A stretch of DNA of 64,000 nucleotides from Flavobacteriaceae bacterium (GTDB taxonomy: Bacteria; Bacteroidota; Bacteroidia; Flavobacteriales; Flavobacteriaceae), in NCBI GenBank assembly GCA_965657545.1, contig CBFHOG010000005.1, positions 6,628-70,627 of the forward strand, given 5' to 3'. The notes beneath the pieces were generated by a model. That model was not told the DNA's origin. It did no database searches and saw only the letters and a list, made by a program, of their open reading frames with translations. Positions within the stretch are counted from its first letter, which is position 1. Each line of letters starts with the position of its first letter. This document shows positions 17,036 through 27,856 of the stretch, one piece after another. Position numbers and translations under genes: made by a program.

Positions 17036-18067
17036 CTAAAAATGATATTTCCAAGATAGGGAATTGTCGTAACGTAAAACACCTGCTGTAACCACCAACG
17101 GACTCTCGATGTTATTTGTGAATAGGCTGCCAGTTCCAAGTCCTTGCGGGGTTGAGGTTTGTAGCGACGCTGTCCATTGTGCAATGGCGTTAAGCCCAAT
17201 GTTGCTTTCAAGAGCAGAGGTTACCCACCACTGTATGTTGCGTTCTTCCGCAAGACGAATCCACTCCTCAGACGCAGCAACCCCCCCCAATAAACTGGGT
17301 TTTAGAATGATATATTGCGGTTTGATTTTATCCAATAATCTGCTTTTATCATCGTGATGCAACACCCCAATAAGTTCCTCGTCTAGGGCAATAGGCAAGG
17401 GTGTTTTGGCACATAGACTGGCCAGTGCTTTGGGTTGCCCTGCTGCTATGGGTTGCTCAATGCTATGCAAATCGAATGTGGATAAAGTCTTTAATTTATC
17501 TAAAGCTTCATCAGTATTAAATGCACCATTGGCATCCACGCGGAGGGTTATTTCCTTAGCAGAATAACGTTCTCTAATTTCTGACAATAATTGACATTCT
17601 TCAGTAAAATCCAACGCCCCAATTTTTAATTTGATGCAATCAAACCCTGCATTGATTTTGTCAAATACTTGTTGACGCATAAAGTCGATGTCACCCATCC
17701 AAACCAATCCGTTTATGGATATGGGCTGCTGACCACGACTGAACGCCGTGTCAAATAATTGAAATGGAGTAGAGGAATTAAAGGACAGAAGCGCCATTTC
17801 CACGCCCATTTGTATGGAGGGATAATTGGCGCACAGCGCGGAGGTATCTTCTCCCACTTCTAAGGCTTTACAAACGGCTGCCAGTTGCGCCTCAAAGCCA
17901 GGTACGTCATCGTAACTAAGTCCTCGAAACAATCCACATTCGCCTACACCACAACGCTTTCCGTCAATGATCTCAATAAAATAGGTTTCTTTTTGGCGCA
18001 AAACTCCTCTAGAGGTTCCACTAGGACGTTTAAAATCAAGTGTATATTTTTTAAAATCTACTTGCAT
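17036..18067 (-). CDS. menC: o-succinylbenzoate synthase (enolase superfamily, MR/MLE type)
   Basis: A 343-aa enolase-superfamily-like sequence (...LRVDANGAF..., ...IEQP..., ...ALDEEL...) lying between menA and menE. Confidence 0.7.
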   Translation of the reverse strand: MQVDFKKYTLDFKRPSGTSRGVLRQKETYFIEIIDGKRCGVGECGLFRGLSYDDVPGFEAQLAAVCKALEVGEDTSALCANYPSIQMGVEMALLSFNSSTPFQLFDTAFSRGQQPISINGLVWMGDIDFMRQQVFDKINAGFDCIKLKIGALDFTEECQLLSEIRERYSAKEITLRVDANGAFNTDEALDKLKTLSTFDLHSIEQPIAAGQPKALASLCAKTPLPIALDEELIGVLHHDDKSRLLDKIKPQYIILKPSLLGGVAASEEWIRLAEERNIQWWVTSALESNIGLNAIAQWTASLQTSTPQGLGTGSLFTNNIESPLVVTAGVLRYDNSLSWKYHF

Positions 18068-18981
18068 TACATCAACAATTGGGTAACAAAAAGTAATAAA
18101 CTCAGCGCAAAAGTGGTTAAAGCAAGTGGTTTTAATAGTACATCAAAACCGATATGGTTTGTTGTTTTAAAGGTTTTGATCAGTTGGATGATTAACGGCA
18201 TTACCACAACAATAGGGCAGTAGTGCCAAAGAGAATCAGCGGTTTGTGACAATCCAATCCCCAAACAGATACTCCCAAACAGTAAAAGTGCAGCGTGGTA
18301 GCTTTTTGCAAGCCCAAAACCCAACAGCGAAGCGATTGTTTTTTTACCCACGGCAGCGTCGTTTTCCATATCGCGCATATTATTCAGATTGAGTACACCC
18401 ACGCTCAAAAGGCCTATTGCGAGTGCAAACCAGATGATATGTGGTGTCAATGCTTTGGTTTGTAAAAAATAGGAACCCATAACTGCCAGTCCTCCGAAAA
18501 AAATAAAGACAAACAAATCGCCCATGGCATGATAGCCATAAGCACCTTTACCAGCGGTGTATTTGTAAGCTGCAAAAATAGCGGCAATACTAAGCCCTAA
18601 AAACACCAAGCTACCCTGTATTTCTTCAAATCCAAATGCCCAAACAATGGTACAAACGGCGAGAAATAGTCCAATAACTCCAGTAAGTATAATGCCGCTA
18701 AAAAGTGTTTTTTTTGTGAGTAGATTTTGCTGTAGTACACGTTTTGGTCCAACCCTATTTTCGTTGTCTGTGCCTTTCAAACCATCGCCATAATCGTTGG
18801 CGAAATTGGATAAAACTTGAAAGGCAATAGCCGTAAGCAATGTGCCTCCAAAAAGTATCCAAGAAAAGTCAGTGTGTTGTATGGCCAATGCATTGCCCGC
18901 TACAATTCCTGCCACAGAAAGGGGCAGCGTGCGCAGCCGTGCGGCAGATATCCAAATACGAAACAACGAGGGTGAAGTCAC
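18067..18981 (-). CDS. menA: 1,4-dihydroxy-2-naphthoate polyprenyltransferase (UbiA family)
   Basis: Polytopic membrane protein with the UbiA/MenA motif NDYGDGLKGTDN and a second Asp-rich NNMRDMEND. GTG start shares 1 nt with the menB stop. Confidence 0.85.
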   Translation of the reverse strand: MTSPSLFRIWISAARLRTLPLSVAGIVAGNALAIQHTDFSWILFGGTLLTAIAFQVLSNFANDYGDGLKGTDNENRVGPKRVLQQNLLTKKTLFSGIILTGVIGLFLAVCTIVWAFGFEEIQGSLVFLGLSIAAIFAAYKYTAGKGAYGYHAMGDLFVFIFFGGLAVMGSYFLQTKALTPHIIWFALAIGLLSVGVLNLNNMRDMENDAAVGKKTIASLLGFGLAKSYHAALLLFGSICLGIGLSQTADSLWHYCPIVVVMPLIIQLIKTFKTTNHIGFDVLLKPLALTTFALSLLLFVTQLLM

Positions 18982-19796
18982 TAAGGGAATTTAGGGTACT
19001 GCTTAAAGTTAGGCGCTCTTTTTTCTAGGAAAGCATTTTTTCCTTCTTGTGCTTCGTCCATCAAGTAATACATCAGCGTGGCATCGCCAGCCAGTTGCAT
19101 CAATCCGTGTTGTCCGTCCAGTTCTGCATTCATACAGCGTTTAAGCATGCGTAACGCCAAAGGACTCCGTTGTTGCATAATTTGACACCATTCTACTGTA
19201 GTATCTTCCAGATCAGCAAGCGGAACAACCTTGTTTACCAAGCCCATATCAAGGGCTTCCTGTGCCGAGTATTGCTGACATAAAAACCAAATCTCACGGG
19301 CTTTTTTCTGCCCTACATGACGCGCAAGATAAGATGAGCCAAATCCACCATCAAAACTTCCTACTTTAGGACCTGTTTGTCCAAAAATAGCGTTCTCACT
19401 TGCAATAGTAAGATCACACACCACATGCAATACATGTCCGCCCCCAATGGCGTAGCCGTTTACCATGGCTACTACCGGTTTTGGAATTTCTCTTATTTTT
19501 TTGTGCAAATCCAATACGTTTAGTCGTGGTACACCATCTTCGCCTACATATCCACCAACACCCTTTACGTTTTGGTCGCCGCCACTACAAAAGGCCTTCT
19601 CGCCAGCCCCTGTAAATACGACTACATCAATGTCTTCGCGTTCGCGGCAAACGTCCATCGCTTCTAGCATTTGATTATTCGTTTCAGGACGAAAAGCATT
19701 ATATACCTTTTCGCGATCAATGGTAATTTTGGCAATGCCTTTGTAAAACTCAAAGCGGATATCGCTATACTCTTTTATGGTTTCCCAGTTTCTCAT
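18981..19796 (-). CDS. menB: 1,4-dihydroxy-2-naphthoyl-CoA synthase (crotonase fold)
   Basis: A 271-aa protein with the MenB-typical segments [11 protein letters not shown] and [21 protein letters not shown]. Confidence 0.9.
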   Translation of the reverse strand: MRNWETIKEYSDIRFEFYKGIAKITIDREKVYNAFRPETNNQMLEAMDVCREREDIDVVVFTGAGEKAFCSGGDQNVKGVGGYVGEDGVPRLNVLDLHKKIREIPKPVVAMVNGYAIGGGHVLHVVCDLTIASENAIFGQTGPKVGSFDGGFGSSYLARHVGQKKAREIWFLCQQYSAQEALDMGLVNKVVPLADLEDTTVEWCQIMQQRSPLALRMLKRCMNAELDGQHGLMQLAGDATLMYYLMDEAQEGKNAFLEKRAPNFKQYPKFP

Positions 19797-19805
19797 AGTA
19801 TTAAT

Positions 19806-21602
19806 TTATTTCTTTGTCTTTGTCATTGTCCTAAAATAGTCCAACAGCACAGTGTCATTTTGTTTTCTTGGTGTGCAAATTTCTAAAATTTTTGGTTGTT
19901 TGGAAGGATTAAAAAATCCACGAAGTGATTGCTTTAATCCCCAACTGGTTCGTACACGTTTGTATGTAAATCCAAATGCTTTTGCCATGTCCTTGGCGTT
20001 CCGCCCGTGAATGGTTTCAAAATAGGTGTCATATTTAGGGCTGTCTTTTTCGCCAGGGAGTATTCTAAAAATACCACCTCCTTGATTATTTACAATAATA
20101 ATGCGGACGTGATTTGGGACATAGTTATGCCATAAGCCGTTGATGTCATAAAAGAAGCTCAAGTCTCCTGTTATAAGCACCATTTGCTTTGTGTTGATTT
20201 GTGTCGCTCCCATCGCTGTGGCGGTGCTACCATCAATTCCGGCTGTTCCTCTATTGCAAAATACTTCGGTCCCGTTTGGTAAATCAAAAAGCTGTATATA
20301 CCTAATTGGCGAACTGTTGGCCACTTGCAAATGTGTGTTTTGCGGCAATGCTTTGGATATCAAATCAAATACACGAAGATCAGAAAAAGGAATATTGTTT
20401 AGATATGTTTTTCCCTTCTTCAAATAGCTGTGATAGCGATCCAGAATTGTAGCTTGGTAATGGCTGTCTAGCGGTTGGTTGTTTTCTGCAATTGTACGAA
20501 GGGCAACTTCTGCTGGCGCATTTATGTGCTTGGATAAATAATAGAATGTATCGTTTGCTTTTGTTTGATCTATATGAATGTGTTGCGCTGCTTTATGCTT
20601 CCTTAAAAAGAATTTGATTTTTTTGGAGACGATCATTCCCCCTACAGTAAGTAATAAATCGGGTTTTAGTTCTTCCTCACCGCCGTTCTGTTCCAGCTCT
20701 AATGGTGCCATCAAACAATCAATTGCATCAATAGCTGCAGCATGAGAAAAATTAGAGGTTTTTTCGGTGAGTACAATCACACTTGGGTCTTCTAATAATT
20801 GATGTAAGGCTTTAGCTAAATCAGTATTTGGTTTGGAAACCCCTACCAAAATCATTTTTCGTTTTGCGTTTTTCCACGCAGATTTTAATCCCTCAAAATC
20901 CGTTTCTAGCACAGGATTTATCAATGTAGAAACTTTTGGAAAAGCAATAGGTTTGGTTGTTGTGCCATATAAAGGCTCTTCCATGGGTATATTTAAATGT
21001 ACAGGCCCTTTTGCATTTGTCGCAAGTGCAAAAACACGCTGCAATTCTTCAATATTATGCGTTAGGTGTGTTTGTTGTAATGCTTCAATTTCTTTTTTTG
21101 TGGGTTTTGCCGCAAAATAAGGCTGCTTATTACTGGCTAGTAGTGTCGCTGTTGCATGAGATACATCTGGTTTTAATGAAGCAGCACCAATCAAATGAGG
21201 GCCAAAAACACCTTCTTGCTGTATGGTTTGTCCGTCTCCTATATCCACCCGATGCGGCATGCGATCGGCAGAGAGAATAACAAGGGGGAGTTCGCTGTAA
21301 AATGCCTCAGCAACGGCAGGGTAGTAGTTTAGTAGCGCTGATCCAGAAGTACAAACCAATGCCACAGGTTTTCCTAATTGTTGACCAATTCCCAAAGCGA
21401 AAAAGGCAGCAGCACGCTCATCAACAATACTATATGTCTTAAAAAAAGGATTTTCCACAAATCCATTTGTCAAGGGAGCATTTCTCGATCCTGCCGAAAT
21501 AACCACATGCTGTATTCCATATTGTGCGCAGTAATGCACTACTGCCTGTGGCAACGGGATATCAGTGTATAGCATTTGATGTGATTTGGCATCTTTTTTC
21601 AT
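19806..21602 (-). CDS. menD: 2-succinyl-5-enolpyruvyl-6-hydroxy-3-cyclohexene-1-carboxylate (SEPHCHC) synthase, ThDP-dependent
   Basis: N-terminal ...HVVISAGSRNAPL... and ThDP motif GDLSFFYDINGL...NNQGGGIF. Start set at the ATG at 21602 (MKKDAKSHQMLYTDIPL); 21575 is also possible. The longer ORF overlaps menF. Confidence 0.85.
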   Translation of the reverse strand: MKKDAKSHQMLYTDIPLPQAVVHYCAQYGIQHVVISAGSRNAPLTNGFVENPFFKTYSIVDERAAAFFALGIGQQLGKPVALVCTSGSALLNYYPAVAEAFYSELPLVILSADRMPHRVDIGDGQTIQQEGVFGPHLIGAASLKPDVSHATATLLASNKQPYFAAKPTKKEIEALQQTHLTHNIEELQRVFALATNAKGPVHLNIPMEEPLYGTTTKPIAFPKVSTLINPVLETDFEGLKSAWKNAKRKMILVGVSKPNTDLAKALHQLLEDPSVIVLTEKTSNFSHAAAIDAIDCLMAPLELEQNGGEEELKPDLLLTVGGMIVSKKIKFFLRKHKAAQHIHIDQTKANDTFYYLSKHINAPAEVALRTIAENNQPLDSHYQATILDRYHSYLKKGKTYLNNIPFSDLRVFDLISKALPQNTHLQVANSSPIRYIQLFDLPNGTEVFCNRGTAGIDGSTATAMGATQINTKQMVLITGDLSFFYDINGLWHNYVPNHVRIIIVNNQGGGIFRILPGEKDSPKYDTYFETIHGRNAKDMAKAFGFTYKRVRTSWGLKQSLRGFFNPSKQPKILEICTPRKQNDTVLLDYFRTMTKTKK

Positions 21603-21652
21603 AGCGGTGCAAAGGTACAAAACAGTACATGAGTGTACTAATGAGCAATCCG

Positions 21653-22720
21653 TTACAATATGTGTAATAAAGTTTCTGCTTTGCGTTGACTTTCTAGCCA
21701 CTCCATTTCAGGATCGCTCTTTGCTGTAATTCCGCCACCTACAAACAACCTAAGGCTTTTTTGTTCTACCTCAGCACAACGTAGATTTACAAATAAATGC
21801 ATGTTATTTGAAGCTATGGGGCCCAAAATCCCAGCGTAATAATTTCGATTATGTGTTTCGTGAGTGGTCAAAAAAGCCAAGCTTTCTTTGACTGGAACAC
21901 CCGCTACTGCAGGAGTTGGGTGTAGCAGTTGGACCACATCTAGTGCATTTACATTGCCCAGAGATACTTCAAAGTCAGCGCATAAGTGAACCAAGTTACC
22001 AGCGCGTTTGGTGTAGGTAGGTGATTGTTGTATGCTGTTTTTGGGAAAGATTTGTTCCAGTTGCATTTGGATAAAATCAGTCACCATTTGTTGCTCATCT
22101 ATTTCTTTAGATGTCCAATTGGGCTTGCTGTTATCTACATAGGGTAAAGTTCCTGCTAATGCCATGGTTTTACAATGGCCTTTTTTAATTTTGAGTAACG
22201 TCTCTGGAGTTGCTCCCATCCAGTCTCCAGTATGTGGGTGCGACCAATAATACACCATAGCGTTAGGGTAGGTATGCGTCAATTTTAGCAACGATGTTGC
22301 AAGCGAACCCGAAAACGTTTGTTTGTGCGTGCGAGAAACCACTACTTTTTTAAGGGTGCTGCCTGTGATGGTCTTTTTTGCTGCAGTAATTAATGCTATA
22401 TAATAGGACTTGTTCTGTTCACTCGCTACTTGAGTGGACTCCCTTGTTGCGATGGTGCGTTGCGGCACTGTAAACCTTTTTTCTGTTTGATTTGGAATAT
22501 AAGTATAAGGCGCTTTGGCTAAAAATGGCGCAAATACGAACCCATTCTCATGAAGTGTTTTGGTTTGGTGGTGCGTACTGTCGTGCTGTTGGTAGATAAT
22601 GATTTCTTGTGTTTGGGGCAGTCTGAAAATCACAAACGGAAGCTGCTTAGCACGAAGTCCATCAAAAAATGCGATAAATTCTTTTTCGTTTTTTGGCATA
22701 CAGCCAACAAAATTACGCAC
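21653..22720 (-). CDS. menF: isochorismate synthase
   Basis: Chorismate-binding family signature LHPTPAVAGVP and ...YYAGILGP.... First gene of the men cluster. The start may instead be the ATG at 22699. Confidence 0.8.
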   Translation of the reverse strand: MRNFVGCMPKNEKEFIAFFDGLRAKQLPFVIFRLPQTQEIIIYQQHDSTHHQTKTLHENGFVFAPFLAKAPYTYIPNQTEKRFTVPQRTIATRESTQVASEQNKSYYIALITAAKKTITGSTLKKVVVSRTHKQTFSGSLATSLLKLTHTYPNAMVYYWSHPHTGDWMGATPETLLKIKKGHCKTMALAGTLPYVDNSKPNWTSKEIDEQQMVTDFIQMQLEQIFPKNSIQQSPTYTKRAGNLVHLCADFEVSLGNVNALDVVQLLHPTPAVAGVPVKESLAFLTTHETHNRNYYAGILGPIASNNMHLFVNLRCAEVEQKSLRLFVGGGITAKSDPEMEWLESQRKAETLLHIL

Positions 22721-22838
22721 CGAAGTTGTAATAACATAGGGAATTGTGTTTAATGCATTTTATTTCAAAATGTTTGTGTGATTTATATGGTTAACCGTTT
22801 CTGATGTTAAAATCGATATAAAAAATTCCATAACAGTA

Positions 22839-22869
22839 TTTGATAGCGTAAAAAATTATACTACATTTG
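22839..22869 (+). promoter_or_regulatory. candidate Bacteroidota sigma-A promoter of the ribosomal super-operon (TTTG-N19-TACATTTG)
   Basis: TTTG at 22839-22842 and TACATTTG (TAnnTTTG) at 22862-22869 with a 19-bp spacer, 37 nt upstream of the rpsL ATG. Confidence 0.45.
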
Positions 22870-22906
22870 CAGCCCTTTAATTGAAGGAATAAAGTAAGTA
22901 TAACGT

Positions 22907-23281
22907 ATGCCAACTATATCGCAACTAGTTCGTAAAGGCCGCAAGGACCTCACAAAAAAGAGCAAATCTGCTGCATTGGACTCATGTCCGCAGCGTCGTG
23001 GAGTATGTACTCGTGTATATACAACTACACCAAAAAAACCAAATTCCGCTATGCGGAAAGTGGCTAGGGTTCGCCTGACTAATGGAAACGAGGTGAATGC
23101 CTACATTCCTGGTGAAGGTCACAATTTACAAGAACACTCCATCGTACTTGTACGTGGAGGTCGAGTAAAAGACTTGCCTGGAGTTCGTTACCACATTGTT
23201 CGTGGTGCGCTTGACACCGCAGGTGTTGAAGGCCGTTTGCAGCGTAGATCAAAGTATGGTGCTAAACGACCAAAAAAATAA
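22907..23281 (+). CDS. rpsL: 30S ribosomal protein S12
   Basis: Highly conserved S12 sequence ([12 protein letters not shown]...[19 protein letters not shown]...) in the str-operon position. Confidence 0.97.
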   Translation: MPTISQLVRKGRKDLTKKSKSAALDSCPQRRGVCTRVYTTTPKKPNSAMRKVARVRLTNGNEVNAYIPGEGHNLQEHSIVLVRGGRVKDLPGVRYHIVRGALDTAGVEGRLQRRSKYGAKRPKK

Positions 23282-23304
23282 AAGTAGCGATATATTAACA
23301 TGAC

Positions 23305-23322
23305 GTTCAAGCTTGCTTGAAC
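23305..23322 (+). promoter_or_regulatory. intercistronic hairpin between rpsL and rpsG
   Basis: GTTCAAG-CTTG-CTTGAAC, a 7-bp perfect stem with a 4-nt loop, 17 nt before the rpsG ATG. Confidence 0.3.
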
Positions 23323-23338
23323 CACTCAAACACAGAAT

Positions 23339-23815
23339 ATGAGAAAAAGACAGGCGAAAAAGCGCCCTCTACTTCCCGACCCGCGATTCAATGACCAACT
23401 GGTCACGCGATTTGTCAACAACTTAATGTGGAGCGGAAAAAAATCCGTGGCATTTAAGATATTTTACGACGCTATTGACATTGTAGAATCCAAAAATCAA
23501 AACGAAGAGAAAGATGCACTCCAAATATGGAAAGATGCACTTTCTAATGTTATGCCACATGTGGAAGTACGCAGTCGCCGTGTGGGTGGTGCTACCTTTC
23601 AAATTCCCATGCAAATTCGTCCAGACCGAAAAATTTCTATGGCCATGAAGTGGCTTATCGGTTATGCACGTAAGCGTAACGAAAAATCTATGGCGCAGAA
23701 ACTTGCTGCCGAAATTATTGCTGCCGAAAAAGAAGAAGGTGCTGCCGTTAAAAAACGAACAGACACCCACAAAATGGCAGAAGCAAACAAAGCCTTTTCA
23801 CATTTTAGATTCTAA
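23339..23815 (+). CDS. rpsG: 30S ribosomal protein S7
   Basis: S7-typical ...[16 protein letters not shown]... in the expected operon position. Confidence 0.97.
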   Translation: MRKRQAKKRPLLPDPRFNDQLVTRFVNNLMWSGKKSVAFKIFYDAIDIVESKNQNEEKDALQIWKDALSNVMPHVEVRSRRVGGATFQIPMQIRPDRKISMAMKWLIGYARKRNEKSMAQKLAAEIIAAEKEEGAAVKKRTDTHKMAEANKAFSHFRF

Positions 23816-23833
23816 AAACGCAGCATAATAATC

Positions 23834-25960
23834 ATGGCAAGAAATTTAAAATATACACGTAACATTGGAATTGCAGCGCACATTGACGCTGGAAAAACCA
23901 CTACTACTGAGCGTATTTTATATTATACGGGTGTTAGCCACAAAATTGGAGAAGTACATGATGGTGCTGCTACAATGGACTGGATGGAGCAAGAACAAGA
24001 GCGCGGAATTACCATTACCTCTGCTGCTACCACTTGTGAGTGGACATTCCCAACAGACCAAGGAAAACCTGTTGACGGAGCAAAACCCTATCACTTTAAT
24101 ATAATTGATACTCCCGGACACGTTGATTTTACCGTTGAGGTAAATCGTTCATTACGTGTATTAGACGGACTTGTATTCTTGTTTTCAGCTGTTGATGGTG
24201 TTGAGCCACAATCTGAAACCAACTGGAGGTTAGCAGATAACTACAAAGTACCACGTATGGGCTTTGTAAACAAAATGGACCGTCAGGGATCAAACTTCCT
24301 CAATGTATGTACGCAAGTTCGTGAGATGTTAAAATCTAACGCCGTGCCTATTGTACTTCCAATCGGTGACGAAGACAATTTTAGAGGTTGTGTTGACTTG
24401 GTGAAAAATCGTGCGATTATTTGGCACGAAGATAACATGGGAGCCACTTTTGATGTGGTGGATATTCCAGAAGATATGAAAGGTGACGTTGAAAAATTCC
24501 GTGGCGAGCTTATAGAGGCTGTTGCTGAATATGACGAAAATCTTTTAGAAAAATATTTTGAAGACCCAGATAGTATTACTGAGGATGAAGTTCACGAAGC
24601 TTTGCGTCAAGCTACGCAAGACATGAGCATTATTCCAATGATTTGTGGTTCTGCATTTAAAAACAAAGGGGTTCAGTTTTTGCTAGATGCAGTTTGCCGT
24701 TATTTGCCATCTCCAGAAGATAAAGAGGCAATTGTAGGTACAAATCCTGACACGGGTGATGAAATTTCACGTAAGCCCTCTGTTAATGATCCTTTTGCTG
24801 CGTTGGCATTTAAAATTGCTACTGACCCATTTGTTGGTCGTTTGGCATTCTTCCGCGCTTATTCTGGTCGTTTAGATGCTGGTTCTTATGTCTTAAACAA
24901 CCGCTCTGGTAATAAAGAACGTATTTCACGTATCTATCAGATGCATGCCAATAAACAAAATTCTATCGATTTTATCGAAGCTGGAGATATTGGTGCTGCA
25001 GTAGGATTTAAAGATATCAAGACGGGTGATACCCTTTCCGCTGAAAAGTCTCCTATCATTTTAGAAAGTATGGACTTCCCTGATCCTGTAATCGGTATTG
25101 CAGTGGAGCCAAAAACGAAGGCAGATGTGGATAAACTGGGTATGTCTCTTGCCAAACTTGCAGAGGAAGATCCAACATTCCAAGTAAAAACAGATGAGGC
25201 TTCTGGTCAAACCATTATTTCTGGAATGGGTGAGCTTCACCTTGATATTATCGTTGATCGACTAAGACGTGAGTTTAAAGTTGATGTTAATCAAGGACAA
25301 CCTCAAGTAGAGTATAAAGAAGCCATTACTGCTTCTACGGATCACCGTGAAGTGTATAAAAAGCAATCTGGTGGTCGTGGTAAGTTTGCCGATATTGTAT
25401 TTACCCTTGAGCCCGCTGAAGAAGGTAAATCAGGTCTTGAATTTGTAAATCAAATTAAAGGGGGTAACGTTCCAAAAGAATATATTCCATCTGTTGAAAA
25501 AGGCTTCAAACAAGCCATGTCTAATGGTCCATTAGCTGGTTTTGAAGTTGATGCAATTAAGGTAACATTAAAAGACGGTTCGTTCCACCCTGTTGATTCA
25601 GATTCACTTTCATTTGAATTGGCTGCAAAGTTAGGATACAAAGCTGCGGCGAAAGCAGCTGGTGCCGTTATTATGGAACCGATAATGAAATTAGAGGTGC
25701 TTACGCCCGAAGAAAACATGGGTGACATTGTTGGTGACCTTAACCGTCGTCGCGGACAAGTAAACAGCATGGATGATCGTGCAGGTTCCAAGGTAGTTAA
25801 AGCCAATGTACCACTTTCAGAAATGTTTGGTTATGTAACCTCGTTACGTACACTTTCTTCTGGTCGTGCTACTTCAACAATGGAGTTTTCACACTACGAA
25901 CAAACACCGTCTAACATATCTGAGGCAGTAATTGCTGAAGTTAAAGGACTAAAAGCTTAA
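23834..25960 (+). CDS. fusA: elongation factor G
   Basis: GTPase motifs [17 protein letters not shown] and NKMD. Length 708 aa; follows rpsG. Confidence 0.97.
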   Translation: MARNLKYTRNIGIAAHIDAGKTTTTERILYYTGVSHKIGEVHDGAATMDWMEQEQERGITITSAATTCEWTFPTDQGKPVDGAKPYHFNIIDTPGHVDFTVEVNRSLRVLDGLVFLFSAVDGVEPQSETNWRLADNYKVPRMGFVNKMDRQGSNFLNVCTQVREMLKSNAVPIVLPIGDEDNFRGCVDLVKNRAIIWHEDNMGATFDVVDIPEDMKGDVEKFRGELIEAVAEYDENLLEKYFEDPDSITEDEVHEALRQATQDMSIIPMICGSAFKNKGVQFLLDAVCRYLPSPEDKEAIVGTNPDTGDEISRKPSVNDPFAALAFKIATDPFVGRLAFFRAYSGRLDAGSYVLNNRSGNKERISRIYQMHANKQNSIDFIEAGDIGAAVGFKDIKTGDTLSAEKSPIILESMDFPDPVIGIAVEPKTKADVDKLGMSLAKLAEEDPTFQVKTDEASGQTIISGMGELHLDIIVDRLRREFKVDVNQGQPQVEYKEAITASTDHREVYKKQSGGRGKFADIVFTLEPAEEGKSGLEFVNQIKGGNVPKEYIPSVEKGFKQAMSNGPLAGFEVDAIKVTLKDGSFHPVDSDSLSFELAAKLGYKAAAKAAGAVIMEPIMKLEVLTPEENMGDIVGDLNRRRGQVNSMDDRAGSKVVKANVPLSEMFGYVTSLRTLSSGRATSTMEFSHYEQTPSNISEAVIAEVKGLKA

Positions 25961-25970
25961 ATCATTTACG

Positions 25971-26276
25971 ATGAGTCAAAAAATTAGAATTAAACTTAAA
26001 TCGTACGATTACAATTTGGTAGATCGCTCTGCCGAAAAAATCGTGAAGACCGTAAAGTCAACGGGTGCTGTGGTAACGGGTCCTATCCCATTACCTACCC
26101 ACAAAAAACTTTTCACGGTATTACGTTCGCCTCACGTGAATAAAAAATCGCGCGAGCAGTTTCAGCTTAGCTCTTACAAGCGTTTGTTGGACATTTATAG
26201 TTCTTCATCAAAGACCATTGATGCCTTGATGAAATTGGAGTTGCCAAGTGGCGTAGAAGTAGAAATTAAAGTATAA
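25971..26276 (+). CDS. rpsJ: 30S ribosomal protein S10
   Basis: A 101-aa protein with the S10-like sequence IRIKLKSYD...[14 protein letters not shown]. First gene of the S10 block. Confidence 0.95.
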   Translation: MSQKIRIKLKSYDYNLVDRSAEKIVKTVKSTGAVVTGPIPLPTHKKLFTVLRSPHVNKKSREQFQLSSYKRLLDIYSSSSKTIDALMKLELPSGVEVEIKV

Positions 26277-26303
26277 CACCCTAAGGGAGTAAACATTCAG
26301 ATT

Positions 26304-26921
26304 ATGTCTGGTTTAATAGGTAGAAAAATTGGTATGACGAGCATCTTTGACGAGAATGGGAAGAATCTTCCCTGCACCGTTATTGAAGCGGGACCATGCG
26401 TGGTTACCCAAGTACGTACTAAAGAAAATGATGGTTACGAAGCATTACAGTTAGGTTTTGACGATAAACCCGAACGAAATGTAACTAAAGCTGCGAGCGG
26501 TCATTTCAAAAAAGCAAGCACTGCGCCAAAGCGTAAACTTGTAGAGTTTCAAGACTTTGAAGCAGATTACAAACTTGGTGATACCATTACGGTTGATCAT
26601 TTTACTGCTGGAGAATTTGTAGATATTACAGGTACTTCAAAAGGTAAAGGTTTCCAAGGTGTTGTAAAGCGTCATGGTTTTGGCGGTGTTGGTCAAGCCA
26701 CACACGGTCAGCATAACCGTTTACGTGCACCAGGTTCTATTGGAGCTGCTTCGTATCCTGCACGTGTATTCAAAGGAATGCGTATGGCTGGACAAATGGG
26801 GAATGAAAAAGTAACCGTACAGAATTTACGTGTACTTAAAGTAGTGCCTGAAAAAAATCTAATCGTCGTGAAAGGTTGTGTGCCTGGTCACAAGAATGCG
26901 TTCATTTTAATTCGCAAGTAA
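26304..26921 (+). CDS. rplC: 50S ribosomal protein L3
   Basis: L3-like [15 protein letters not shown]...[13 protein letters not shown] in the expected operon position. Confidence 0.95.
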   Translation: MSGLIGRKIGMTSIFDENGKNLPCTVIEAGPCVVTQVRTKENDGYEALQLGFDDKPERNVTKAASGHFKKASTAPKRKLVEFQDFEADYKLGDTITVDHFTAGEFVDITGTSKGKGFQGVVKRHGFGGVGQATHGQHNRLRAPGSIGAASYPARVFKGMRMAGQMGNEKVTVQNLRVLKVVPEKNLIVVKGCVPGHKNAFILIRK

Positions 26922-27550
26922 TGAAAGTAGCAGTAGTTGATATTAACGGAAAAGATACAGGACGCACAGTTGCGTTAGACAAAGCCGTCTTTGGTGTTGA
27001 GCCAAATGAGCATGCCCTGTATTTGGATGTAAAACAATATTTGGCACATCAGCGTCAAGGAACGCACAAAGCCAAAGAACGTGCTGAAATTACAGGTAGC
27101 ACTCGCAAGATTAAAAAACAAAAAGGTACAGGTACTGCCCGAGCAGGTAGCATCAAGAACCCTTTGTTCCGCGGCGGTGGTCGTGTGTTTGGACCTCGTG
27201 TTCGCTCATACAACCAGAAAGTGAATAAAAACGTGAAGCGTTTGGCTCGCAAATCTGCGTTTAGTCTAAAGGCAAAACAAAATAATATTACGGTTGTTGA
27301 AGACTTTCAGTTTGATGCACCAAAAACAAAATCGTTCCAAGCGGCACTTAGTGCTTTGGGAGTTGCAGATAAAAAATCACTTTGGGTATTGGGTACACCA
27401 AACCAAAACGTTTACTTGTCTGGAAGAAACCTTACTTCAACAGAAGTACTTACGAACGACGAGTTGAATACATATAAAATTATGAATGCGCAGCATTTGG
27501 TTCTTGCAGAAAGTGCCGTGGCTGCCATTGAAGCTAATCTGAGTAAATAA
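26921..27550 (+). CDS. rplD: 50S ribosomal protein L4
   Basis: Start set at the ATG overlapping the rplC stop (TAATG): [12 protein letters not shown].... L4-like ...KQKGTGTARAGS... Confidence 0.93.
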   Translation: MKVAVVDINGKDTGRTVALDKAVFGVEPNEHALYLDVKQYLAHQRQGTHKAKERAEITGSTRKIKKQKGTGTARAGSIKNPLFRGGGRVFGPRVRSYNQKVNKNVKRLARKSAFSLKAKQNNITVVEDFQFDAPKTKSFQAALSALGVADKKSLWVLGTPNQNVYLSGRNLTSTEVLTNDELNTYKIMNAQHLVLAESAVAAIEANLSK

Positions 27551-27556
27551 TACACG

Positions 27557-27847
27557 ATGAGTATTTTGCTAAAACCCGTTATTACCGAAAAGGCAACCCG
27601 CGAAAGCGAGTTACGCAACCGTTACACGTTTTTGGTAAATCCAAAAGCGAACAAGGTTGAAATTAAAAAAGCGGTTGAGGCTGCTTATGGTGTAACCGTA
27701 GAAAAAGTACGTACGCTTAATTACGGACCAGAAAGACGATCACGCTATACCAAAAATGGTATTCAGCATTCGAAAACCAACGCTACCAAACGCGCAGTCG
27801 TGGAAGTAGCCGAGGGTGAAAACATTGATTTTTACAGTAATTTATAA
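27557..27847 (+). CDS. rplW: 50S ribosomal protein L23
   Basis: A 96-aa protein in the conserved operon position between L4 and L2. Confidence 0.9.
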   Translation: MSILLKPVITEKATRESELRNRYTFLVNPKANKVEIKKAVEAAYGVTVEKVRTLNYGPERRSRYTKNGIQHSKTNATKRAVVEVAEGENIDFYSNL

Positions 27848-27856
27848 TAAGATAGG

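Noticed and set aside
23423-23770. A 115-aa minus-strand ORF inside rpsG. Similar antisense or alternate-frame ORFs lie inside fusA (23918-24121, 24937-25155, 25450-25806), rplB (27974-28225, 28195-28380), rplV (28930-29187), rpsM/rpsK (36912-37256), rpoA (38153-38491, 38508-38708, 38897-39112) and rplQ (39082-39396).
   Set aside because: They lie entirely within universally conserved genes on the opposite strand or in another frame. Their composition is low-complexity and they have no promoter context. They are typical shadow ORFs.
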